Assembly: GCA_964611345.1 (NCBI GenBank)
Contig: CAZSYU010000004.1
Span: forward strand, 17,620 to 81,619
Source: an uncultured Pseudomonadales bacterium
GTDB taxonomy: Bacteria; Pseudomonadota; Gammaproteobacteria; Pseudomonadales; Azotimanducaceae
Direction: 5' to 3'
Length of the DNA: 64,000 bases
Position numbers and translations under genes: made by a program. The notes beneath the pieces were generated by a model that was not told where the DNA came from, made no database searches, and saw only the letters and a program-made list of their open reading frames with translations. Below, piece after piece: positions 30,273 through 38,629 of the stretch; positions within the stretch are counted from its first letter, which is position 1; every line of letters begins with the position of its first letter.

Positions 30273-31349
30273 TCATAACAGCCAGTAAACGAGCGCCACC
30301 AAAATCGCCAGCGCCAATGATGCAATAAGCAACTCAACATCAAACCCCTTCATACCAGACTTGTCTTTACCCGCAGATGCCTTCATCTGCTCATCGTCAA
30401 CACCTGAGATATCTGCAGCATTACTGCTGGCAATAGGCAGCGCCGCCTTTTTGGGCAGCGCAATCGTTGTCGCCGCAGCCACTCTAGGCGCGGGCGCAAC
30501 ACCTTCGAAGTCATCATTGCCCAACGGTGCGGGTTCAGCAGCGTCGTCATTGAGCCGCTTGTGACCTTGACCCGGCATGCGCTCAAAACGTTCACGCAAC
30601 TGCTCGACGCTAAGTACCGGCTGTAGCACCTCAATATCTTTAATTCGCAGACATACCACGCTAATGTTATCGAGAGCTTCGCCCAACAGAGTTTCTGCAA
30701 TCAGCGCGCCCACTGCGTCGGTAGGCTCAGGATTCGCCAGCAGCAGGTCGCTGATTTGATCATCCCGCATCTCGTCGTGTAAGCCATCGCTACAAAGCAA
30801 GATCATGTCACCGTTGTCGAGATCCAGACTTAACTCGGCGGGCACTGGTTCAGGGTCAGCGATGCCCAGGGCTTGCACAAGTACGTGCTTCTGGGGGTGA
30901 CCAAACGCATCTGCAGGATCCACCACACCAGACTCTAGTAACTGCTCGAGCAGCGAATGATCCCGGGTCAGCCGAATCAGCTGTTGCTTTCGCCACAGGT
31001 AAACACGGCTGTCGCCGCACCACCCGATTTCAGCTTTACTGCCCTTGATCCGCACCACAACAACAGTGCTGCCCATGTTTTCTGCGGAGCGACGCAGGCC
31101 CTCTGCAACAACCGCCGTATGGGCATCGAAAATCATCGCAGGTAACGCCGGTAGCTCAGAGTGGTCCATAACTGCGGCACTTCCTTGCAACAAGGATTGC
31201 TTAACAATCCGCGAGGCCACATCTCCACACGCATGGCCACCCATACCATCTGCCACCAGCCACACACCGGCGTCTTCAACCCAACCCAACGAATCCTCGT
31301 TGTGCTGGTAACGATTTCCCGGGTGCGACTCGGCAGCAAATTCAATCAC
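30273..31349 (-). CDS. Tail-anchored PP2C-family Ser/Thr protein phosphatase
   Basis: Motifs NEDS, VADGMGGHACGDVAS and LLCSDGLHD, with a C-terminal TM (LLIASLALAILVALVYWLL). Start placed at GTG 31349, 11 nt after the upstream stop. The track ORF extends to 31430. Confidence 0.85.
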   Translation of the reverse strand: MIEFAAESHPGNRYQHNEDSLGWVEDAGVWLVADGMGGHACGDVASRIVKQSLLQGSAAVMDHSELPALPAMIFDAHTAVVAEGLRRSAENMGSTVVVVRIKGSKAEIGWCGDSRVYLWRKQQLIRLTRDHSLLEQLLESGVVDPADAFGHPQKHVLVQALGIADPEPVPAELSLDLDNGDMILLCSDGLHDEMRDDQISDLLLANPEPTDAVGALIAETLLGEALDNISVVCLRIKDIEVLQPVLSVEQLRERFERMPGQGHKRLNDDAAEPAPLGNDDFEGVAPAPRVAAATTIALPKKAALPIASSNAADISGVDDEQMKASAGKDKSGMKGFDVELLIASLALAILVALVYWLL

Positions 31350-31359
31350 TAAACAACAC

Positions 31360-32709
31360 TCAAAAACTCCCCTGAACGGCCGCGGCAGCACGTTGGTAGG
31401 CTTTGGGCCGAAAGGTCTCATCATTGCCAAGACCAGAAAAGAGTCGGTCTAGCGAACTTGCGAGCTGGTCTGCCTCGCCGAGATATTCTGTCAACGTAAC
31501 AATGCTGAGCAGACCCTGTTCTGCTGTACCGTAGTCGACCATACGCCGAGACGCTGCCTGGCCAATCAGCCGCTTGCGTAACGCCCGCACCTTGGCGGTG
31601 CTCACATTTTGCACTTGCCACAGCGCTGACAGCTCATCGATGAGGCTTTGCAGTTGTGTGACTGAAGTGCCAAGTGCCCTGGGGTCACCCTGACCTGCAA
31701 CTACCAGTGCATCGATCGCCCGCTTCAATGCAGCTGTTTTATCTGGAGAAAGCTCTTCACTAATTAACTGTAGCGTACGAAAATGATGATCCGCCAGGCG
31801 TAAGCTGCCAGGCTCAACGCCCTGCTGCCGGCGCTCCTGATACCAGCGCAAGTCCTCCGGATCGAGCCCATGATGACAACTCTGACAGTCAAACATCGAA
31901 AACTCTGGGATAAACTTGGCGCCAGTAAAATAGTCACTACCTAACATTTTCAGAAACGCTCGAGATCCTTCCACCTGCCCGGTGAGCCACAACTGCACGC
32001 CCGCAAAGTTGCCCTTACGCTCTTTATAATCATCATCAACCGAAAAGTGCGGCGGCTGATTGGTCGTGAAATTCTCGAGTTCAAAACTCAACCTGGGATG
32101 GCCCGCGCCCATTATGCGGTGTGTGGTGAACTTATCCTGTGTGCCCAGATGACAACTCAAGCACAACTGCGCTCGCGCCGCTGGCTCCTCTGATGGGTAG
32201 AGGCCATTGGCGATATTATCGGCATGGGTATTGCCTGGATCATCATGGGTTTTAATCCAGTTTTCTGAACCGCCGTGGCACGCCTCGCAACCGACTCCAT
32301 CGTTCAGACTGAACTCCGGGCCACGTTTGTCCTGAGGGACATTGTCAGCATGACAATCCAAACAAATATCTGCGGTATGAGCACTGGCTAAGCCAAGTTT
32401 CGTCGCCATCAACTTGGATTCTGGTGACAACAAGGTCTTGTAGGCACGCGAATGGTAGTCCTGCGCTCGCCATATGCGATGCTCATTCAACCATACGGTG
32501 CGGTTGTCCTGACGACTCGATTTGCCGTGACACGCCCCTCCAGCACAGGACGACGCGCCATAGTGAATATTATCGTCAATGGTGGATACGTCAGCCGAGA
32601 CACTCATACCACACATAAGAATGGCACCAGCACAAATCCACAACGCCACATCACGAGCGGCCTGCCACTTGCTTTGGTATCGGTATTGGCACTGGTATCC
32701 ACCCTTCAC
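31360..32709 (-). CDS. Periplasmic multiheme c-type cytochrome (4x CXXCH + 1x CX4CH) with a helical C-terminal domain
   Basis: Signal-peptide-like N-terminus (ALWICAGAILMCGMSVSA). Motifs CAGGACH, CLDCH, CEACH, CLSCH and CQSCH. The GTG start shares 1 nt with the upstream TAG. Confidence 0.8.
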   Translation of the reverse strand: MKGGYQCQYRYQSKWQAARDVALWICAGAILMCGMSVSADVSTIDDNIHYGASSCAGGACHGKSSRQDNRTVWLNEHRIWRAQDYHSRAYKTLLSPESKLMATKLGLASAHTADICLDCHADNVPQDKRGPEFSLNDGVGCEACHGGSENWIKTHDDPGNTHADNIANGLYPSEEPAARAQLCLSCHLGTQDKFTTHRIMGAGHPRLSFELENFTTNQPPHFSVDDDYKERKGNFAGVQLWLTGQVEGSRAFLKMLGSDYFTGAKFIPEFSMFDCQSCHHGLDPEDLRWYQERRQQGVEPGSLRLADHHFRTLQLISEELSPDKTAALKRAIDALVVAGQGDPRALGTSVTQLQSLIDELSALWQVQNVSTAKVRALRKRLIGQAASRRMVDYGTAEQGLLSIVTLTEYLGEADQLASSLDRLFSGLGNDETFRPKAYQRAAAAVQGSF

Positions 32710-35700
32710 TATCTGGAACCCCCAGCACTAGTTGCGGTTGGCGTGGGTGCTTGTTCTGCGATAGCTTCATTACTGTCACCACCGCCAGCGCTACGCCCAC
32801 GTACGGCTGTACCAGTGCCTTCTGTATCCTGCACAAACCAGGGCTCGCCCGATTCATTGAGGTACAGCTTGTTCATGTCTTCACGGGAGAGTGGTCGAGA
32901 ACCACGGCGCCCAAACACCGCAATCTGTCCACCGGTTTCGTCTACACCCCGATCCCGATCAAGCCCTTTTGATAGTGCCAGTGCTGGCCGCTTGGTGGGA
33001 TAACTCGCGATTAGTTTGGGGTTTGGCTCGGGGCTAAAGCCATAGAAGTTCGGCTGCAGGGAGGGCGACGTCAACTGCACAACTTTCAACCCACCCGCGC
33101 CATCGGCAACGTAGGCAAATAGCGAAGCATTGGTGCTCGCTACGACAACATCATGTGCGTCGACAATCTTGCCACCATCGTTGTAGGTCTGGAGCAGGCG
33201 CATATTGTCGGGTTGAGTGACATCTACCACTGCGAGACCTTGTGCTCCTGCGGCAACATAGGCATAGGTTCGCGCCACGTACACGCGCTTGGCATCACTC
33301 AACGTAATCGTCGACGCTGATAATTTCGGTGCTTTGTTATTGGTGACATCAACGGTCTGCAATCCGTCTGCCGTCGTTACAAACAAATAGCGGAATTGCA
33401 GCGCCGTCGCTCGAGGGTCGCTCATGGGTATGCGGCTCACCAATTGCGGCTCCAGCGGATTCTGCAAAGACACCACCAATACTTCCGTTGGTAACGTCAG
33501 ATAGGCAATAGACCCCCCCAGTGTGATGTGACGAACACCATTTAGCAGACCGTCTGGGTTCCAGGTGAGTGCCCGGCTGAGGTTATTGTTGCGCAGCTCG
33601 CCGTCTTGCAGTGTATTAACGTCAACCAGAATCAAACCTTCTTGGGCATCTGTGATCACCGCGTAGTTGTAAATTGGATGGAAGGGCTGCTCCTGATTGG
33701 TGATACGCATCAGATCGCCTTCGTTCTTAAACGGTGCAATAGGTTGCGTAGACGGCAGCGCCATGCAGGTAGCGTTCTTCGACTTCACCTGTGTACCCTG
33801 ACCGAGCGGACTGAACGGCGTTGTCACAATGCGCTGCGAAAAGCCCTTGTTCGCAACGTTGGCAATGTCATAAACGCGCATTCCGTTTTTACCTTCGGCA
33901 ACGTACAAGTACTCGCCGCGCATTTGTAGACAGTTTGCAGGACCCGAACGATGCCCATACGCATGCTTCAGTACCCCGCCACGCGCTTCATGCTGCGCAA
34001 AGAAATCAGGGTAGGCGTACTTTTGCAGGTAACTGCCAATCACCGCCTGGGGCTCTTCCCACTCGGTTACTTGCACCGCAGAGACCTCGCCATCACCACC
34101 AACCCAGGCGTTATAGCCAACGAAGTTAACGAAGTTGGTTCCGAACATAAGTAGCTGGGCCATAATCGCGTTGTTATCGTTCTGTTCCGACAGATGACAA
34201 TCGCTGCAATTCTTGGTCTCTGATAATCGCACAGTGTGCGGGAAGTGAGGATTGAAGGCCTGCGAACTGAAACCTGAAGCGGCAACCGGTGGTTGCTGAA
34301 TATAGATTTTCTCACGGTTAGCATTTGTCGATGACAGTACCAACGCCGAGGTAGAGCGCACTGGCGCTATCTTGCCACCCTTGGCCGGACCCCTTCGTCC
34401 AAGCAGAAACATCTGATCCCGGGCAACCTGGGGGTTATAGCTGGCAAAGTTTCGACTCTTGCCCCCTTCATAGTGGTGTCGTTCGGTTTTCTTGTTCGCC
34501 TCAATGGGCAAGTGACAACCACCGCAGCTCGTTGTCCAGGACGTATGACAGGTGTAGCACTCCATTTCATCATAGGAATGGGCCAGATCAACACTGGCAA
34601 CCTGATTACCCCACTCCTGTGTTTCGGTGTTGTTAGACATGGTTTTGGCGCGCGCTGCCTTCGAGTTGTAATCCGAGTGTTTCGGATCGACCGCGTTCTT
34701 TACCAGACTGACTTTCCACTCAAGATTTTCATCGAGTGCTGAGCGCTGGTAGAGATCCCCGTTCACCCACTCGAAGCGAGGCCGCCCACCAGGCACCCGA
34801 AGCGACAGAAAATCTGTTCCGCCACCAATCGCAGCTGGTCCGGAGGCGTAGAGATTGGGCAGCTCTTTTGAGGTGCCGTGGCAGTCTTTGCAATCAACCT
34901 CAACAGCAAGTGCTACTTCTCCCTGAATGTGGCCGTTGCCGTGGTTGTCCTGGGCAAAGTGGCAATCAACACAGTGCATCCCCACATCCAGGTGAATCGA
35001 CGACATATGTACCGCCTTGTCGAATTTCTTGGGATCGTCGTTTTCAACCACGTTGTTCTTCGCATCGAGCAGATTACCCGTGCGATCACGTTTGAATACG
35101 GCTCGAAAGTTCCAGCCATGACCGTGATAGTCGGCGAACTGGGTATCATTTAATTCCGGATTCAGCTCAGATACTGCCTCCAGAAAATCCGTGTCCGCCC
35201 ATTTGCCACGGGGCGCTGCTCCTTCCGGATTGCGCTCCAACACTTCATGAATCTCTTCGCTGGTCGGATATTGTTGCTGCTCCGGCCACATCGCAGGCGC
35301 GTCCGATTCGTAGTCCCACATGGTGTAGCCCAGGTAACTGTTCACAAACATGTTCGGCTGGTGCATATGACAAATCATGCATTGTGATGTGGGTATCGCA
35401 TTGGTAAAGCTGTGCTTGATGGGATGCCCTGATTCGTTTTTTGGAATGGTCGGATCAAGCGTTGCGGTTTTACCAGTGTGGCCATGCTGGGCGTAACCGC
35501 CTGAATGTCGCGGATCACGGTCGTTGGCATACACAACGTGACAGGATGCGCAGCCAGAATTGCGATAATCACCCGGTTGATCGTTAGTGCCCATAAACCA
35601 GGTAAAAGGGTCATTCAGACGTGTTTTAGTGATATTGATTACGGGGACAGAAATGCGCGCACCCGTTGCCGGGCCACGGTTTGATTGACGAATATCAGGT

Positions 35701-36638
35701 CGACCCGGTTCCTCCAGACGTTGCACCAAGCCTAAGGAGTTGGGTATAGCCGTTTCCGGGAACAGGTTAATGATGTTGCGGCCGCCGCGCTCAAACACTC
35801 GAAACACATCACCGGGCTTGGTCGTTTCCCAGGCTGGCAAAGGCAACAGTTGCGGCAAAATACCTTTCTCATCTTTCAGCTGCTCCGCGAGCACCGTATC
35901 TAGCACCGGGCCTTTCAACACCGCTGGCTTACCGTCGGTGGTGTAAGATTCACCCAATATGTACTGCTTGAACGGCAAGATGCCGTTGTTGTAGGCCGCA
36001 CCGCCCCAAAGCATGGCGCCTGTGGCGTGCAACGACCGGACAGATTTCTCAATCTGATCCTGGTGACATGAACCACACGCCAGCTCAACGACACGATAGT
36101 CAGAAGGATTCACAAAACGCACAAACTCGCGGCTTTCTTTATTTAGCAGCGTGTACGTGCGCTCCGGATTGGCAGAATGCGGGTAGTGCCAAGCGTCAGG
36201 GTACTCCGGCAGTATGTGTGCCAACTCCTTAACCGCAATGTACTCATCCGACTGGTTGCCTTTAGGCAGACCATGACCGCCTTCGCCACCACTCTTGGCA
36301 TTACGCGGCACAAACTGACTGGCATCACCGCCGTGGCAATCGGTACAACCCAGATCCACGCCCGGCGCGTTGTGCATGGTTTTTTGATCAGATTCGGTAT
36401 GGCAAGATACGCAACCCGCACTCTTTTCACTGGCAGCAATAGCGCTTGGCTGATTTGCCGGGGCCGCAGGTGCCATGACGTAGTTACGCTCTACTTTTAT
36501 TACTGCCTCAGAAGCTTCAACCCCTTCGCTCCATATAGTACTGAAAACAAAGCCAGCACCGGTCACGCCAGCTGCTAACAAACTCAACGAAACCAGTAAG
36601 CCGCGCAACTTCTCAATTTTTCGCATCGAATTGTTCAT
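32709..36638 (-). CDS. Decaheme c-type cytochrome fused to a C-terminal LVIVD-like beta-propeller
   Basis: N-terminal signal/anchor helix. Ten CXXCH motifs between about nt 36416 and 34193, including a paired CYTCHTSWTTSCGGCH. The C-terminal ~350 aa (about nt 33940-32900) has repeated GMRVYDI, GLILVDVN, GLAVVDVT and GLKVVQLT strands. ATG 36638 is preceded by GAGGAG. Confidence 0.8.
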   Translation of the reverse strand: MNNSMRKIEKLRGLLVSLSLLAAGVTGAGFVFSTIWSEGVEASEAVIKVERNYVMAPAAPANQPSAIAASEKSAGCVSCHTESDQKTMHNAPGVDLGCTDCHGGDASQFVPRNAKSGGEGGHGLPKGNQSDEYIAVKELAHILPEYPDAWHYPHSANPERTYTLLNKESREFVRFVNPSDYRVVELACGSCHQDQIEKSVRSLHATGAMLWGGAAYNNGILPFKQYILGESYTTDGKPAVLKGPVLDTVLAEQLKDEKGILPQLLPLPAWETTKPGDVFRVFERGGRNIINLFPETAIPNSLGLVQRLEEPGRPDIRQSNRGPATGARISVPVINITKTRLNDPFTWFMGTNDQPGDYRNSGCASCHVVYANDRDPRHSGGYAQHGHTGKTATLDPTIPKNESGHPIKHSFTNAIPTSQCMICHMHQPNMFVNSYLGYTMWDYESDAPAMWPEQQQYPTSEEIHEVLERNPEGAAPRGKWADTDFLEAVSELNPELNDTQFADYHGHGWNFRAVFKRDRTGNLLDAKNNVVENDDPKKFDKAVHMSSIHLDVGMHCVDCHFAQDNHGNGHIQGEVALAVEVDCKDCHGTSKELPNLYASGPAAIGGGTDFLSLRVPGGRPRFEWVNGDLYQRSALDENLEWKVSLVKNAVDPKHSDYNSKAARAKTMSNNTETQEWGNQVASVDLAHSYDEMECYTCHTSWTTSCGGCHLPIEANKKTERHHYEGGKSRNFASYNPQVARDQMFLLGRRGPAKGGKIAPVRSTSALVLSSTNANREKIYIQQPPVAASGFSSQAFNPHFPHTVRLSETKNCSDCHLSEQNDNNAIMAQLLMFGTNFVNFVGYNAWVGGDGEVSAVQVTEWEEPQAVIGSYLQKYAYPDFFAQHEARGGVLKHAYGHRSGPANCLQMRGEYLYVAEGKNGMRVYDIANVANKGFSQRIVTTPFSPLGQGTQVKSKNATCMALPSTQPIAPFKNEGDLMRITNQEQPFHPIYNYAVITDAQEGLILVDVNTLQDGELRNNNLSRALTWNPDGLLNGVRHITLGGSIAYLTLPTEVLVVSLQNPLEPQLVSRIPMSDPRATALQFRYLFVTTADGLQTVDVTNNKAPKLSASTITLSDAKRVYVARTYAYVAAGAQGLAVVDVTQPDNMRLLQTYNDGGKIVDAHDVVVASTNASLFAYVADGAGGLKVVQLTSPSLQPNFYGFSPEPNPKLIASYPTKRPALALSKGLDRDRGVDETGGQIAVFGRRGSRPLSREDMNKLYLNESGEPWFVQDTEGTGTAVRGRSAGGGDSNEAIAEQAPTPTATSAGGSR

Positions 36639-36649
36639 CCCTGAGCTCC

Positions 36650-38629
36650 TCAAAACGCCAACACAAGGTTCATCTGGAAATAACCTGCTTCTTCATCCGG
36701 AAACAAATCCTTGAACCCCTTACCGGGAATCAGATGCGCATAGCTGGTGCGCACTACAATGTTCTGGGTTACCAGTGGTCGCCAGATTAGACTCAAGGAC
36801 AGGTCATGGCCGATCTCTTCGTCGATCGAGCCCTGGTTACGCACTGTTTCGAGCACCTGGGTGTGATCAAAGCGCATATAGTTGTAGTTGAAGCTCAATC
36901 GCAGTGATGGCAGGAGATCTGCATCGGCACCAATTCCAGCGAGTATCATCCCTGGATTGGTGAAGTTTGACTGGCCCTGTTCCTTGGACGATCGTAGATT
37001 GTTTAGCAGCCCATTCCGGGTAGACAAAGCAACGCGCCCCCCGCCAATCAACGGCACCGATTGCCGCAGCCAATAGCTGGTGTCTGAACCCGCGAATACA
37101 GGATTTTCGAATATGGCATCAAAGCCGGTTGCCCGATCGTCGAACGGGTCTTTATCACCACTGCCGTAGAGCAATGACCCACGAAGGCGCAACCAATCCA
37201 TATCAAAGCCGGCTTCAGCGGCAAAGAATCCAGCCCTGATATCAACCTTCCTCTCTTCGAACACACCCGGTTCAACGCTGCCTATCGCATAGTACGCAGA
37301 AGTTGTCAGATTAAGCCGACCAAAGTGGCCATCACCGTTGTAACCGAAGTACACCACATCGTATTTACGTGGCCGTTCGTCGCCAATGGAGGCGGGGCGA
37401 GCAATAAACTCGTTGTTGTCGAAGAAAAATTCATTGTCTTCCCGGTTACGGTTGTAAACAACGGTCGCCTGCGACACAAAACCAAGTTTCGGGAAGTCTT
37501 GCCAATAGAAGTTGGCTGCCACGACGTCGTCTTTGCGTAAATCTCGGGTAACGTCGTTCAACCCACTGTTAGTGTCCTTCTCGAGACGCCGGAAGTACGC
37601 AAGGTTGTACTGGAAGATGTTGTTATTGCGGTTACCAAACAGACGAACCCCTAGCTGGCTGTCCTGAAAAAGAAAGCCACGAAAATCGCTGTTAAACGGC
37701 TGAATACCAATTCGAAAACTGTCGAAATCGTATCGATCGCCTACGTTACGCAAGTGTCGATCATAGAACGCTGCCTGAATACCCAAGTGATGGTCAGTTC
37801 GTGACGTACCTCGGCTTGGTCGGGCGTTTACACCCTGAATCTCATCGAGATTTACATAGTTGATGCTCAGCACCGGCGTAAACCGAAACTCATGATCGGG
37901 AGGGCGAAACACCGTGTCGCCTTTCAGATACACAAATTCTGCAGCAAGATTTTGGTTAAAGAAGATTTGATCGGAAGTGCCAAAAATGTCGATGCCCCCG
38001 GGATCGTTAGTCGAGGACGCGCCCACAGGTGTCGGCACTTCGCGCACTTCCAATATACTGTCTGACAGCGCGTTAATGGAAAAGAACCATTCGTCGTCAT
38101 TGACGGGAATATCGCCCTTCAATACGTTGCGATTGTAGGGATCCCACCACGGATACTGATAACGAACCGAGTCATTGCCCACAACACCCCGGAACCCATC
38201 CAGGTTATCAACAATACGCCAGCGATCAGGCATGGCGAGCGTCACACAGTTCTGTGCACCCCCTTTGCAGTCTAGCGTCGGCGCCGCTGCCACACACTCG
38301 CTGCGGCCGGAACTGACGCAGGGCACTTTGGAAGGCGTATTTCTGCCACGTATCAGGCCATAGTCGAATACATTTTCTTCCCCGGCCGCACGCGCGGTCG
38401 AGCCTTCTACTCGATCGGCAGCGTTTTCTGCATCAGGACGCGGACACTCTACGCGTATGTAACCGGGTCGACGTCGATTGACTATGCGACCGCGATCGTC
38501 TGCGTAACAGACTTCAGCGGCTTCAACAGGCAGCGCGGACAGCATCAAGATCACCGTACCACCGGTGACACTGGCACCCAGCACGACCGCACATGACAGA
38601 GCTGCAGACAGTAATGATAGAACTTTCAT
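36650..38629 (-). CDS. Putative large outer-membrane beta-barrel (porin-like) protein with a Cys-rich N-terminal extension
   Basis: Signal peptide (MKVLSLLSAALSCAVVLGA...). Six Cys in the first ~100 mature residues. Long alternating aromatic/hydrophilic strands follow, with a C-terminal ...QMNLVLAF ending in Phe as in OMPs. The ATG directly abuts the upstream TAG. Confidence 0.6.
   Translation of the reverse strand: MKVLSLLSAALSCAVVLGASVTGGTVILMLSALPVEAAEVCYADDRGRIVNRRRPGYIRVECPRPDAENAADRVEGSTARAAGEENVFDYGLIRGRNTPSKVPCVSSGRSECVAAAPTLDCKGGAQNCVTLAMPDRWRIVDNLDGFRGVVGNDSVRYQYPWWDPYNRNVLKGDIPVNDDEWFFSINALSDSILEVREVPTPVGASSTNDPGGIDIFGTSDQIFFNQNLAAEFVYLKGDTVFRPPDHEFRFTPVLSINYVNLDEIQGVNARPSRGTSRTDHHLGIQAAFYDRHLRNVGDRYDFDSFRIGIQPFNSDFRGFLFQDSQLGVRLFGNRNNNIFQYNLAYFRRLEKDTNSGLNDVTRDLRKDDVVAANFYWQDFPKLGFVSQATVVYNRNREDNEFFFDNNEFIARPASIGDERPRKYDVVYFGYNGDGHFGRLNLTTSAYYAIGSVEPGVFEERKVDIRAGFFAAEAGFDMDWLRLRGSLLYGSGDKDPFDDRATGFDAIFENPVFAGSDTSYWLRQSVPLIGGGRVALSTRNGLLNNLRSSKEQGQSNFTNPGMILAGIGADADLLPSLRLSFNYNYMRFDHTQVLETVRNQGSIDEEIGHDLSLSLIWRPLVTQNIVVRTSYAHLIPGKGFKDLFPDEEAGYFQMNLVLAF

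Noticed and set aside
31350-31430. Longer PP2C start (ATG 31430), which would overlap the upstream cytochrome gene by 71 nt.
   Set aside because: PP2C homology begins at the IEFAAESHPG...NEDS segment. GTG 31349 lies 11 nt after the upstream stop, which fits the tight coupling seen elsewhere in the operon. The longer form is not excluded experimentally.
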